Notes: generated by a model from the sequence alone, not told the origin. A DNA stretch of 64,000 nucleotides from a virus (IMGVR_UViG_2724679654_000001:1-64000), one strand, 5' to 3'. Shown: positions 18,385 to 28,540, numbered from the stretch's first letter. Made by a program: numbers and translations.

Positions 18385-19040
18385 CTGAAAAAGACTTTGA
18401 AAAATTCCGCGATGGATTGGCAGGTGTTTATGGATTTTACGATAAGGAAATCAATACTTTCGCGCTTGATACCTGGTGGAATGCACTAAAGCAATTCGAT
18501 CTGCCAGCAATCGTGCAAGCCTTCAATCGGCATGTGGTAAACACCGAATCAGGAAGGTGGCTACCAAAACCGGCTGACATTATTCGCATGTTGCAAGGTT
18601 CAACTCAAGATGCGGCAATGGTGGCATGGGCAAAGGTTGATAAAGCAGTGCGTCACAAGGGGACATACGTTGATGTGGTCTTTGATGATTCATTGATTCA
18701 CCGGGTATTGCATGACATGGGCGGTTGGATTGCTTTGGGTCAAAAAAATGAGGATGAATGGCCGTTCGTGGCAAGGGAATTTGAAAACCGGTACCGTGGT
18801 TTTCGTGAGCGCAGCGAGATACCGGAATACCCGGCTGTATTGACAGGGATAGCCAATGCATACAACCGAAGCAAGGGACAGACGATACAGCCTTGCGTGA
18901 TGATTGGTAATGAAGCTGCTTGTCGGCGTGTGCTCTCTGGCGGCACTGACAAACCGCTGGTTGGGTTCACGCAGGTCGATAAGGCGATACCTGAACTTAG
19001 TCTTATTTTTGATGCAAGCAGAAAAGACAAAAAAGCATGA
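18381..19040 (+). CDS. Replication accessory protein (helicase-loader position, DUF6475-like)
   Basis: Coupled to initiator; PKPADII, VFDD.LIH.V..MGGW. Confidence 0.7.
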   Translation: MTEKDFEKFRDGLAGVYGFYDKEINTFALDTWWNALKQFDLPAIVQAFNRHVVNTESGRWLPKPADIIRMLQGSTQDAAMVAWAKVDKAVRHKGTYVDVVFDDSLIHRVLHDMGGWIALGQKNEDEWPFVAREFENRYRGFRERSEIPEYPAVLTGIANAYNRSKGQTIQPCVMIGNEAACRRVLSGGTDKPLVGFTQVDKAIPELSLIFDASRKDKKA

Positions 19041-19246
19041 CTGAATGCCAGTGCATAGATTGCTCAGAAACGCCAGATCCAAAATACAGCGAGCAATACC
19101 GGCACGAAACCGAAGTAAGGGAAGTGATTCGGAGAGCCAGAACCGAATAGAAGATTGAATCATACCTGGAAGGTATAGAGAAGAAGCGGGGATTTGCGGC
19201 GATGCAACGATTGAGAATGGATTTGCTGAAGGAAAGGCGCAAGTAG
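19037..19246 (+). pseudogene. Small phage gene interrupted by in-frame TAG at 19148
   Basis: MTECQC...YSEQYRHETEVR...RTE*KIESYLEGIEKKRG...; frame continues to TAG 19244. Confidence 0.55.
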
Positions 19247-19372
19247 ATCAGGAAATTAGAATTTATAAAAGCATTTATGGGTACTTCGGGCGGACGTTTT
19301 TGATAATGGCGCCTGCATTTATAGCCGGGCTTTAATCGGCTCGGCTACTTTTTAATATCGATATTTAGCAAA

Positions 19373-20038
19373 ATGAACCAGCAAATCATCAAAACATCGA
19401 CGATCATGAATGTTGACTGCATGGAATTCATGCGCACGGTACCAGATAGTTATTTCGATCTTGCTGTGACAGATCCGCCGTACTTTGATGGCCCGCAAAA
19501 GCCTGGATATTACGAAGGATCGAAGCAAAGATCAAAGACTGGTAACTACAAGGATATTTCAAAAACTTGGGCGGTACCCGGTCAGGAATACATGGATGAA
19601 TTGGTTCGGGTATCCAAAAACCAGATTATTTGGGGAATAAATTACTACGATTTTGCCGCTCCTGGTGGCCGGATTATTTGGATAAAAGGCGAGCAGGGAA
19701 GCCCGTTCAGTATGGCAGAAATCGCCTATCAGTCATTTTATAACCGGATTGATATTTTTAAACACCTTTGGTCTGGTTTCTGGCAAGAGCCGGGAGTACA
19801 AAAAGAAGTCAGGATTCACCCGACACAGAAGCCGGTGCGGTTGTATGAGTGGATATTGAACAAATACGCCAAGTCAGGACAGAAAATTTATGATTCGCAC
19901 TTAGGGTCGGGATCATCTGCAATTGCAGCAAATAACATGGGTTTTGAGTTTGTCGGGTGTGAGCTGGACGGTGATTATTACAAAGCTGCGTGTAAGCGTA
20001 TTACGGCAAATGAACAACAAATGAGGTTATTTGCATGA
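19373..20038 (+). CDS. DNA N6-A/N4-C methyltransferase (beta class)
   Basis: DPPY, HPTQKP, D.HLGSGS. Confidence 0.9.
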   Translation: MNQQIIKTSTIMNVDCMEFMRTVPDSYFDLAVTDPPYFDGPQKPGYYEGSKQRSKTGNYKDISKTWAVPGQEYMDELVRVSKNQIIWGINYYDFAAPGGRIIWIKGEQGSPFSMAEIAYQSFYNRIDIFKHLWSGFWQEPGVQKEVRIHPTQKPVRLYEWILNKYAKSGQKIYDSHLGSGSSAIAANNMGFEFVGCELDGDYYKAACKRITANEQQMRLFA

Positions 20039-20535
20039 GCCAGCAAGTAAACGAATTCTTAGTAAAGCCAAAGCGTAGACCAGAGAAAATATATTTGCGT
20101 GTGGCAAAAAATGGTCTAGTTCCTGCCGATCCTTATGCAGAGACCAGATTGAGGGAAAAGAAATACAAAGTAGGGGATGTTTTATCGGCTCAATTATCGA
20201 AACTTCGCAAACCAGGAACGCATAAAAACGCTCACAAAATCGGCGTGTTGATGATGCAAAGCCACGATGATTTTAGGTATTACGTGAGCGCGCATGACGT
20301 ATTGAAGCGACTACAAATTGAATCTGGTGCGGCGTGCGAAGAAATAAAAATTAAAAAGCGCGGTGGAGATTGGGATTTGCATCGATACCCTCTAAGCCTA
20401 AGTTTTGACAATTTAGGAGAGGCTGAATTTAATGAGGCTATGAGAGTTATCTGCAGGTACATAGTTGATGTCTACTGGCAGGACTTAGATCCTGAAGAAA
20501 TTGAGGAAATGGCAGAGAGAATGCCAAATGAGTAA
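20035..20535 (+). CDS. Nin-region hypothetical protein (NinB/DUF1367-like)
   Basis: P.SLSFD....EF motif; position. Confidence 0.55.
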   Translation: MSQQVNEFLVKPKRRPEKIYLRVAKNGLVPADPYAETRLREKKYKVGDVLSAQLSKLRKPGTHKNAHKIGVLMMQSHDDFRYYVSAHDVLKRLQIESGAACEEIKIKKRGGDWDLHRYPLSLSFDNLGEAEFNEAMRVICRYIVDVYWQDLDPEEIEEMAERMPNE

Positions 20536-20827
20536 CAGGATTACCGAAAGCGCAAGAGGCAAGCAATGCCAAATAAGGATACCGGGCGTGTGCAATCACA
20601 ACCCGGAAACAGTTGTCTGGTGCCATGCAAACGGTCTGGCTTCTGGTAAGGGTGTTGGTAAGAAAAGCTTCGATTTGGGTGGAGCTTATGGCTGTCATGC
20701 CTGCCATGATGCTTATGATAGGAGAATAAATACTTATTTGCCTTATGAGTATATCCAGGTGTGTTTTTTTGAGGGTCATTTGAGGTCTTTGCAAATATTA
20801 ATAAACGAAGGATTGATAAGGATATGA
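20528..20827 (+). CDS. DUF1364-family putative nuclease
   Basis: SARG..CQIRIPGVCN.NPETVV.CH; C.ACHD. Confidence 0.85.
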   Translation: MSNRITESARGKQCQIRIPGVCNHNPETVVWCHANGLASGKGVGKKSFDLGGAYGCHACHDAYDRRINTYLPYEYIQVCFFEGHLRSLQILINEGLIRI

Positions 20828-21117
20828 CTGATTTCGTTACAGCAAACACAACACCGGTTAATGAAACCGGCTATGCATGCACGTCAAGAGATTTGCGCCA
20901 AGAAGCAGAAAAACTTGATGAGTTAAATGACGGTAATACCCTGCAATTCATAGAACAAGATGATGGTGTTATCAATATAAAGCATGAGTGCGGCAGTGCT
21001 ATCGGTGACTTAGTAAAGCGCGATGGGAAGTACCGATTAACATTTTTGTATACCTATGACAATGCTGATGGGCTGTATCAAATTGCTGACAAATTAAAAC
21101 AGTTGAACGGTAAATGA
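20824..21117 (+). CDS. Hypothetical protein
   Basis: ATGA-coupled ORF. Confidence 0.6.
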   Translation: MTDFVTANTTPVNETGYACTSRDLRQEAEKLDELNDGNTLQFIEQDDGVINIKHECGSAIGDLVKRDGKYRLTFLYTYDNADGLYQIADKLKQLNGK

Positions 21118-21599
21118 CAGCTTTTTCTCCAGCATTCAGGAAAAGCATTGAGGAGCGCTTAAAAAGCGGCACTCTGAGGGTGTCCGGGCAATCTGTTCAG
21201 TCAGTTCCAGCAATCAGTAATCGCCGCAGCATCTCAGGAAGCGAATCAATGCGCAACATGCAGGCGCTTGGCCGCATGAAAACCGGCAAGATGAATAAAA
21301 CAGAAGCCACGTACTCACAGTACTTGGAGGCATTGAAAGCGTGCGGTGAGATTGTCTGGTGGAAGTTTGAAGCTATAAAGCTGCGGTTGGCAGATAACAC
21401 GTATTACACGGCAGATTTCTTTGTCATGAAAGCTGACGGTAAGCTAGAAGTTCATGAAGTTAAAGGATTTATGCTTGAAGATGCAAATGTAAAAATTAAG
21501 ATCGCGGCAGAGATTTTCCCGTTCAGGTTCTTCCTGATAAAAAAAAGAAAAAAACATCCCGGCCAATGGGACATTAAAGAAATTGGAAATGGTAATTAA
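21114..21599 (+). CDS. DUF1064-like PD-(D/E)xK nuclease
   Basis: MNKTE..Y, YTADF, HEVKG. Confidence 0.8.
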   Translation: MTAFSPAFRKSIEERLKSGTLRVSGQSVQSVPAISNRRSISGSESMRNMQALGRMKTGKMNKTEATYSQYLEALKACGEIVWWKFEAIKLRLADNTYYTADFFVMKADGKLEVHEVKGFMLEDANVKIKIAAEIFPFRFFLIKKRKKHPGQWDIKEIGNGN

Positions 21600-22299
21600 T
21601 GGCACAACGGTACCAATATCGACAAACAAACGAGGTAAATTGTTAATGGCCGACAACAGACCGCCCCTGGATATTCCAAAAGCAACTACGCGCGCAGCAT
21701 TGGCCAAAAATATAGGTATCAGATTGCGCGCAGCAAGAGAATCAATCGGAATGCAACAAAGTGACGCGGCTAGACGGCTAGGATATGCCAATTCATCGAA
21801 ATTGGCCAAGATCGAGGGCGGAACAGACACAAATTCTGTTCCGCATTGGATGATTCTGAGAGCCGCCAGACTTTATGAGGTGTCGATCGATTACATTTAC
21901 GGTGAATCGGATGACTGGGAGTTGAGCGCCAGAGCTTTGCAAGAAAGGGATATGGCCAAATGGATGATGGAGGCGTGGGAGGCTGGTCGCCAGCGTGATA
22001 TGGAGACATTGAAGAGGCTCAAAATCAGGCTTGATGCTATCAGTGAATCAGCCGCTTTAATGTTCTCCGCATCGCAGGATGTGAATGACGCATTTAATAG
22101 ATTCGTTGAGCTTAATTCAGAAACTTTTGATGACATGCGCGGAGGAAGCAGACTGCTTTCTGCTATCGGCCGCTTGTTGGACGTATCCGGTACCAGCAAA
22201 AGGAAGGTCACGAGGTTTAGCAGTGAGTGTGCGGTCCCTGGTATTGGGCAGCTTATCGTGTCGCAGTCTGATAATCCGATTCAAAAGAAATTGTTGTGA
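21589..22299 (+). CDS. XRE HTH transcriptional regulator upstream of terminase
   Basis: IGIRLRAARE..GMQQSDAARRLG.....LAKIEGG; start uncertain. Confidence 0.8.
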   Translation: MVINGTTVPISTNKRGKLLMADNRPPLDIPKATTRAALAKNIGIRLRAARESIGMQQSDAARRLGYANSSKLAKIEGGTDTNSVPHWMILRAARLYEVSIDYIYGESDDWELSARALQERDMAKWMMEAWEAGRQRDMETLKRLKIRLDAISESAALMFSASQDVNDAFNRFVELNSETFDDMRGGSRLLSAIGRLLDVSGTSKRKVTRFSSECAVPGIGQLIVSQSDNPIQKKLL

Positions 22300-22303
22300 T
22301 TGT

Positions 22304-23170
22304 ATGGCAGCAAAACCAAAATTAACACTGGAAGAGTGGGCTAAGGTACGAGCGGCCTGGGAAGCCGACCCGCGCGAAGGATATGCGTGGATTATTGAGG
22401 AATTATCGCTGCCAGTATCTGCGCCGGGTGTACGCAAGGTTTCTATTCGTGATCAATGGAAAAAGAAAAGCAAGAAACCATCAAATAAGGATGCCGCAAA
22501 GCTATCAAATCCCAAGAAAACAGCAGAAGAATCAAGCAAGTTAATACCTAAAAGAAAGGTTTCCAAGGTTTCTAAGGAAAACCATGCAAAGGTTTCGGAA
22601 ACCATCGATATAGAAACCATCAATGATGAGCCGGAAACTGATAATGAAGCAGGAAGTGGATCCGCGGGTAGACCTACGTGTTACAGAGAAAAGTATAATA
22701 AACAGGCGTATAGGTTATGCCTGTTGGGCGCAACAGATGACGAGCTGGCTGAGTTCTTTGAGGTCGATGTTAGCACCATTAATAGGTGGAAAATTGATCA
22801 CTCGGGATTTTACGAGTCATTAAAAAAGGGAAAGATGTCCGCTGACTCCAGAGTGGCGGAGAGATTGTACGAGAGAGCCATGGGTTACTCGCACCCTGAA
22901 ATCCACGTGAGTAATCATCAAGGAGAAATTACTCAAACCGAATTAATTAAGCATTATCCGCCCGATACTGCGGCCGCATTTATTTGGTTAAAGAACCGTC
23001 AGCCTGGGAAATGGCGCGATAAGATCGAAGTCGGTATTAATGTGAAACTGGACCGGGAAACATTGATTCAGATTGAGCAAACCTTCATGGAAAAGATGAC
23101 GCAGGCAAGGGAGCGTCAAAAAGCCTTGCTTGTGGAGCGCGGCATCCTGATAGAACACGGTCAAGATTAG
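22304..23170 (+). CDS. Terminase small subunit
   Basis: GRPT.Y, LGATD.ELA.FF.V...TI.RW, PPDTAAAFIWLKNRQP..WRDK; precedes TerL. Confidence 0.85.
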   Translation: MAAKPKLTLEEWAKVRAAWEADPREGYAWIIEELSLPVSAPGVRKVSIRDQWKKKSKKPSNKDAAKLSNPKKTAEESSKLIPKRKVSKVSKENHAKVSETIDIETINDEPETDNEAGSGSAGRPTCYREKYNKQAYRLCLLGATDDELAEFFEVDVSTINRWKIDHSGFYESLKKGKMSADSRVAERLYERAMGYSHPEIHVSNHQGEITQTELIKHYPPDTAAAFIWLKNRQPGKWRDKIEVGINVKLDRETLIQIEQTFMEKMTQARERQKALLVERGILIEHGQD

Positions 23171-23173
23171 CCA

Positions 23174-24745
23174 ATGGCAGTGCCCGGTTTGATATTCAAT
23201 GACCCAAGGTATCCGGAATTTATAGAAAGATATCACGCAGATCCGCTACGGTTTGCAGTCAATGTATGCGGTCTGGTGCCATCGGAAGATCAAGAGGAAT
23301 TGTTTCATGCAATCGTTCCTGAGAACGCGAAAGTAAGCGTGGTATCTGGTACTTCGACCGGGAAAACCGCAGCGTTTGCAAGAATATCGCTATGGCATCT
23401 GCTTTGTCACCCGATAGCATCCTATGAGGGCAAGATCGAGATAGGCTCCAACACTTACATTGGTGCGCCCAGGATAAGCCAAGTTGCTGACGGCATTTGG
23501 AAGGAAATGAATGATGCCTATCTTGGTATTGCTTATGGACCATATAGCTGGATAAACGATTACTACGAAATAACCAAGACCAGCGTTCACGTAAAAAGAT
23601 TTGAAGAGCAATGGTTTATTTCACAGGTTGCTATGCAGAAGGGGCAGGCAATCGGTGTGGCCGGTAAGCATAGGCACTGGCAGTTAATCATCATCGATGA
23701 GGCGGCCGGTGTGCCGGATGATCACTATGATGTTATTGAGGGCACCCAAACGCAGGCAGGCAATAGAACGTTACTGGCTTCTCAAGGTGTCAGGAATGCC
23801 GGGCGTTTCTACGAAACGCACCATAATCTGTCAAAAACCAATGGTGGATCATGGGATAACCTGAGATTTAGCTCTGAAAGATCGCCTTTTGTAACCCTGC
23901 AATGGCTTAAAGATAGGGAAGATGAGACTGGAGGCAAGGATTCGACTGAGTACAAGATCCGGGTAAGAGGTCTTTTTGCTGAAGATTCTGGAAGCAACCT
24001 GCTATCCAGATCGGAATTAGAGAGAGCGTTTGAACCACGAAAAATCATCCAGGATGATGAGCCTTATGGCTTGTTTGTGCTGGCCGACGTGGGGCTTGGT
24101 GAGTATCGGGATGAATCGGTTGCTGTTGTTGCAAAGGTTATTGGATATGGAGACTTTGGGGACGATGCGCGGCGCGTAGAGTTTATTGAAATACCCTATT
24201 GCACGAACAGTAAGAATGAAATCGTTTTCGCCGGTGATCTGGTTAACCTGGTGGGCAAATTATCCAACGCTACATTACTGGTTGATAACGGCGGTGTGGG
24301 TGCCACGGTGAATAAGCTGATAGAAGCATCCGGGGTGCCGGTCGTAAGGGTCAATTGGGGTAAACCATGCTTTAAGAGAGAGTACCAGGATCGTTTCTAT
24401 AACCGCCGGGCGTGCGCGATGGTGAGATTCCGTGATGCGGTCAGATCCGGGCGCGTAGTGCTACCGCAAAATATTGATAGAAAGTTGCGTGAAAAAATAC
24501 TGCTACAGGGCGCCAGGTTGCCCTATCACTTTGCAGAAGCGGGTGGGTTGAAGTATGTGATGGAAAAGAAGGAAGAAATGCGAAAGCAAGGGATAAAGTC
24601 ACCAGACATTATTGATGCGATGAGTTTTGTATTCCTTGAGGATGCCACAAGTTATATGGTGTCCGCTGATGCTGAATCAGGAGGCGCAGGGTCAATAGCA
24701 GCAACCGCCCAGGGAAAGGTTGATGATATGTTTGCTGATGTTTGA
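23174..24745 (+). CDS. Terminase large subunit (P1 PacB-like)
   Basis: Walker A SGTSTGKT, Walker B IIIDEA, nuclease ADVG...SPDIID. Confidence 0.92.
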   Translation: MAVPGLIFNDPRYPEFIERYHADPLRFAVNVCGLVPSEDQEELFHAIVPENAKVSVVSGTSTGKTAAFARISLWHLLCHPIASYEGKIEIGSNTYIGAPRISQVADGIWKEMNDAYLGIAYGPYSWINDYYEITKTSVHVKRFEEQWFISQVAMQKGQAIGVAGKHRHWQLIIIDEAAGVPDDHYDVIEGTQTQAGNRTLLASQGVRNAGRFYETHHNLSKTNGGSWDNLRFSSERSPFVTLQWLKDREDETGGKDSTEYKIRVRGLFAEDSGSNLLSRSELERAFEPRKIIQDDEPYGLFVLADVGLGEYRDESVAVVAKVIGYGDFGDDARRVEFIEIPYCTNSKNEIVFAGDLVNLVGKLSNATLLVDNGGVGATVNKLIEASGVPVVRVNWGKPCFKREYQDRFYNRRACAMVRFRDAVRSGRVVLPQNIDRKLREKILLQGARLPYHFAEAGGLKYVMEKKEEMRKQGIKSPDIIDAMSFVFLEDATSYMVSADAESGGAGSIAATAQGKVDDMFADV

Positions 24746-24875
24746 ATAGATGCGCTATGACTAGAAGAGAAAACCCGGCACAAACAATAGCTATAGCACA
24801 GCCAGTTAAAATCAGCCACAACCGTTCCCAAGATCTATAAAAATCTTACCCGGTCATCACCATCTTCAAAAATGG

Positions 24876-24892
24876 CTTCGTGACCTGACCCC
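24876..24892 (-). repeat. REP-like inverted repeat, left copy
   Basis: CTTCGTGACCTGACCCC, inverted partner at 25684-25700 (14/17 match). Confidence 0.5.
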
Positions 24893-24960
24893 TTGCTGCT
24901 GTGCATCTCAACTTCTGGCTCTGCCAAGGTTGAGATGCGAACGACCTACTCCTTTTTGTA

Positions 24961-25539
24961 CTATTTGAAGAACGTAGTAGGAGATGGTGAAGGTGAAGAT
25001 TTCGGCAGGGGGGGAATAATTAAAGGCTCTCCTTCTTTCCTTGGTTGAAGATACGGATTAAATCCAAGATTCCAAAGGTTATCTATGTTTTTTAAATAAG
25101 TAGAAACTTTTTCATCGTTATCCATAATGATACCAACGTCAGATTCCACTACGTGTAACTCAAAATTAAATCGGTCGCCGCGTACATTGGTACAAATCTC
25201 TTCCCAGGCCATATTATAGCTTACCCAATCACCTTGGATAATTTCGTAAAATTCCTTATCCACGACAACTGTCAAAAATGCTTTTCTCTCACTAATGTAA
25301 AGAATAGGTGCAAATATTCCGCGCATATAGGCGCGTTCAGCGACATCGATAACTCGTTCATCATGGTCCTCGTCCCAAATAACAGCGAACCGCTGTATGC
25401 CTGGAAATGGAAGTAATTTCTTCCGCTTATCTACCCACTGGACTGCGCCAAGGATCGAATAGTGGGTGCCTCGACCTAGTTTACCTACGGGGTCTTGTTC
25501 GTCGTAGAGGGTGTGAAACAGGGGGGAGTAGTTCTGCAT
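24961..25539 (-). CDS. Hypothetical accessory protein
   Basis: GGAG RBS, 192 aa, opposite strand to the late operon. Confidence 0.7.
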   Translation of the reverse strand: MQNYSPLFHTLYDEQDPVGKLGRGTHYSILGAVQWVDKRKKLLPFPGIQRFAVIWDEDHDERVIDVAERAYMRGIFAPILYISERKAFLTVVVDKEFYEIIQGDWVSYNMAWEEICTNVRGDRFNFELHVVESDVGIIMDNDEKVSTYLKNIDNLWNLGFNPYLQPRKEGEPLIIPPLPKSSPSPSPTTFFK

Positions 25540-25683
25540 GTGGATCTCCATTTTGTGTTTTCTGGCACAAGCGAATTGCCTTTCGAGCAACACGCGGTCA
25601 AGTACAAGAATAGTAAACGAATCTTGCGGGATCATCAACCCATATTCAAAAATCAAGTGCACCACCGTATCCTAAGCGCCACC

Positions 25684-25700
25684 GGGGTCAGGCCATGAAT
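25684..25700 (+). repeat. REP-like inverted repeat, right copy
   Basis: GGGGTCAGGCCATGAAT. Confidence 0.5.
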
Positions 25701-25904
25701 CAAGAATAATTGTTCTTGCGGCATTAGGGGGATAAATTAAAAAACACGTAGATTTCACAATGCGGTAAAGGGTGTATCAGCACTTCAAGTGATGCGGCTA
25801 CTTTTATGGACACTATGGTCAATGCTATTGGATGAGCAAAAATCCAGAAAAATAATCTGAATATGATCTGTTAAGTCCTAATCACACATAAGTTATCATG
25901 TGTC

Positions 25905-26323
25905 ATGTGCGGCGGAATCCAATATCAAGATCATAAAATCTACTTTCCACAGCCCGAAGCCAGATTACCTATAAGTCTCAGGCATGGCGGTGTAACTTGG
26001 GTTATCTGGGGTAGACGTAAGGACGAGTCAGTAGGTAAATTCCCCAACGGTGGATGGGCGCGAATTGATTCCATCAAGATGGGTAAATGGAAACCTTGGC
26101 ATCCCAGACCCGTATTGATCCCTGCAGATAGTTTCATGGAAAAGGATCAAGAAAAGCAATCTCATTGGATCACTCTTGCACCTGGTATGGCTATTCAAGC
26201 GTTGCTTGCAGAGCGAGACGGTGAAAAAGGGGGTATATGGTTACTGAAGAAACTCCATTTGAGTATCACTGGATTCATGATAGATGGCCAAGATTGAGGA
26301 AGATAGCTACTGTCGCGGATTGA
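25905..26323 (+). pseudogene. SRAP/YedK-like protein, frameshifted near 26230
   Basis: N-terminal MCGG; the IHDRWP motif lies in the -1 frame ending TGA 26321-26323. Confidence 0.65.
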
Positions 26324-26375
26324 ATTTGGCGGCATCCTTCTAAGCACTTTACTACGCAATTTACAGGGCAAAACC

Positions 26376-26645
26376 ATGCAAATAACCTGGGCTAAATTCT
26401 CTGAGAAGATGCCTCCAAAATCGCCAAGAATGAAAGTAATATTAAGAACTAGCGGGAGTCATTACTCCGATATTTCTGCATTGGCCGCGTACGTAACAGT
26501 AGTTATAATGTATTTGCCGTACAAGATTATGAATAGAGATATATTCCAAGATACATCATGGACACCATTCACCAAAGAAAAATGGAACTGGTTGCATCAA
26601 ATCGACGCAAATAATACGCTAGAAAACGGCGATTCTGTCAAGTAA
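26376..26645 (+). CDS. Hypothetical protein
   Basis: 89-aa ORF. Confidence 0.45.
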   Translation: MQITWAKFSEKMPPKSPRMKVILRTSGSHYSDISALAAYVTVVIMYLPYKIMNRDIFQDTSWTPFTKEKWNWLHQIDANNTLENGDSVK

Positions 26646-26945
26646 TCGTGTGATTCTGGATTGATTCTGTCAACTGGGGCAATTACGGTATCATTAAATT
26701 AGTAAACTTTTATCCTAATGGTAACTCCAATAGTGGACGTAGTTATGGAAGTAGTAATAGAGAAGGTGCTTATGTAGCTTTATTTGAGCCTTATCTAGCA
26801 AATATTAAAGCTATTATATTAAGCATGATGCTATTAAATATACAACTATATAAATTTTATGGGTGTAACATAGGATATCGTGGCTATTGACGCAGCTGTC
26901 CCTTGGAATAGATAATTACGTCCCATTAATAATAACTAACAAGAA

Positions 26946-27320
26946 ATGACAGAAGATGAAAAAATTGAATATTTTGGTGACGATAATATTCAACGGGAAG
27001 TCGAAAGTTACTGGAATGATGTTTATGAAATAAGTTTGGCAATTATTCGTAACACAAAGATATTTGATTTTGCCAATATAGCTTTAGCTAAACCCAATAT
27101 TCATGAAATGATTGCTACATTGAAGTTTATCAATGGGACATTAAATTTAATACTTTCATTGAATAGATCGGGGAGAATAAATGTCGATGATACAAGGCAA
27201 ATTCATAATGCAAAGCAACAAATATTGATGATGCAACAAATTGCAATAGCATTAGAGAATGAGGATAGGGATGCTTACAATTATGCGGTAGAACGCTTAC
27301 AAAAGCAGGCTCCATTTTGA
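26946..27320 (+). CDS. Hypothetical protein, AT-rich
   Basis: 124-aa ORF. Confidence 0.65.
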   Translation: MTEDEKIEYFGDDNIQREVESYWNDVYEISLAIIRNTKIFDFANIALAKPNIHEMIATLKFINGTLNLILSLNRSGRINVDDTRQIHNAKQQILMMQQIAIALENEDRDAYNYAVERLQKQAPF

Positions 27321-27344
27321 TAAACCACGTAAGGGAGATATTTC

Positions 27345-27500
27345 ATGAGAAAGAATTTATTGGACAAAGAAACCCTTCAGGCTAGGGTAGAGTTTATGAA
27401 GCAATTAAAAATTGCTAAGAATGAAACTGAAAAGCTTAAATCACAATGGGAAGAAATAAGTAGCATATTGAGTTCAGATAGCCACAAAAAAGCTGCTTAA
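27345..27500 (+). CDS. 51-aa coiled-coil protein (MRKNLLDKETLQARVEFMKQL...)
   Basis: Not in ORF track; AAGGGAG RBS; followed by terminator. Confidence 0.6.
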   Translation: MRKNLLDKETLQARVEFMKQLKIAKNETEKLKSQWEEISSILSSDSHKKAA

Positions 27501-27523
27501 TAACAACCTGACAGTTAGAAACT

Positions 27524-27546
27524 AAACCCGCTTCGGCGGGTTTTTT
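27524..27546 (+). terminator. Rho-independent terminator
   Basis: AAACCCGC-TTCG-GCGGGTTTTTT. Confidence 0.85.
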
Positions 27547-27964
27547 CGTTTCAAACTATTATCGTCAGGACAAGCTGTAATTCCGTGAAAAATTATTCAA
27601 AAATTATTCCAAACTGAATTATGTGTTACAGCGCAAGCATAAAATCGCAGTTTGCGAAATTGTGCAAGTTGACCAATTGGCTAATTTAGAGGGTTGCTGA
27701 TGGCAATGTTGATTTCTCAGCCCTCATTTGTGGTCAAAAAAATTAACATTGCTATTTAATACATTATGAATTTTTCTTTCAAAGCTTTACATTTCCACCA
27801 TTCAAGCTTTACATTTAACCGAATTCCTCAGCATCACCGCTTGACTCAATCAGGCGTTTTTTTGTCTGCGACATATTGGTAATACCGGCGCTTAGTGGAT
27901 GGATTGCGCGTGTAACGAGATCTGCCAGTACAGATTGCGAAGTTTTGAAAACACAATACAGTCT

Positions 27965-28540
27965 TTAAACAGGTGGATTGAGGGAATCCATTATTTTATT
28001 GTGGACAGATTCAAGATGATAATTTGATCTACATGGAAAGCGAATTAGTTTCAGACCGGCGGTCTTGCAAGCCTTTTCAACGAAAATATCCCTTGCGCGC
28101 GTCTTGCTAAGACTATGGCTTAGGTCGTCCAATTCGATAACGGCAAGAACAGCGAGTGTATGCTTGTCGCAAACCACATAATCAAAATGCTTTGATGATA
28201 TTTTATAGAATGCAGTATTCCAATTTCTTCGACTTAATGCGTGATCAGGAACCAGTACGTCAGCAATGCGCACTTTTGCAAATATTTCATAATCATCATT
28301 TGATAAGGCTTGTTTCAGCGCCAAGAAAAATGAATGTTCGGCTTTAGAAAACAAGTTTCCCAGTGATTTATATTTAAAATTAGTAAATCCACCACTAAGC
28401 TTTATAACAAGTTTCAGTAAAAAAGCCAGAAAAACAATTGTGAAAACAAATATCCAGATATCAACTAACAGAGGCTGTTTCGCTATCATATCGGTGAATG
28501 TTTTAGCAACAATAGTCATATTCGGAGAAAGATCCATCAC
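27965..28540 (-). CDS. DUF2726 family membrane-anchored protein
   Basis: N-terminal TM; L.S.AE..F, KVRIADV, KHFDYV, IELDD.SH, RD. Confidence 0.85.
   Translation of the reverse strand: MMDLSPNMTIVAKTFTDMIAKQPLLVDIWIFVFTIVFLAFLLKLVIKLSGGFTNFKYKSLGNLFSKAEHSFFLALKQALSNDDYEIFAKVRIADVLVPDHALSRRNWNTAFYKISSKHFDYVVCDKHTLAVLAVIELDDLSHSLSKTRARDIFVEKACKTAGLKLIRFPCRSNYHLESVHNKIMDSLNPPV

Noticed and set aside
19148-19150. Stop-codon reassignment or suppression by the tRNA-like element
   Set aside because: Single case; TAG ends many genes normally here and the element has no CUA anticodon
22085-22303. N-terminal extension of the small terminase in the ORF track
   Set aside because: Overlaps the upstream regulator; ATG 22304 right after its stop is more plausible
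26650-26890. Open frame without a start codon in an AT-rich gap
   Set aside because: No start or RBS and no recognisable motif; at most a gene remnant
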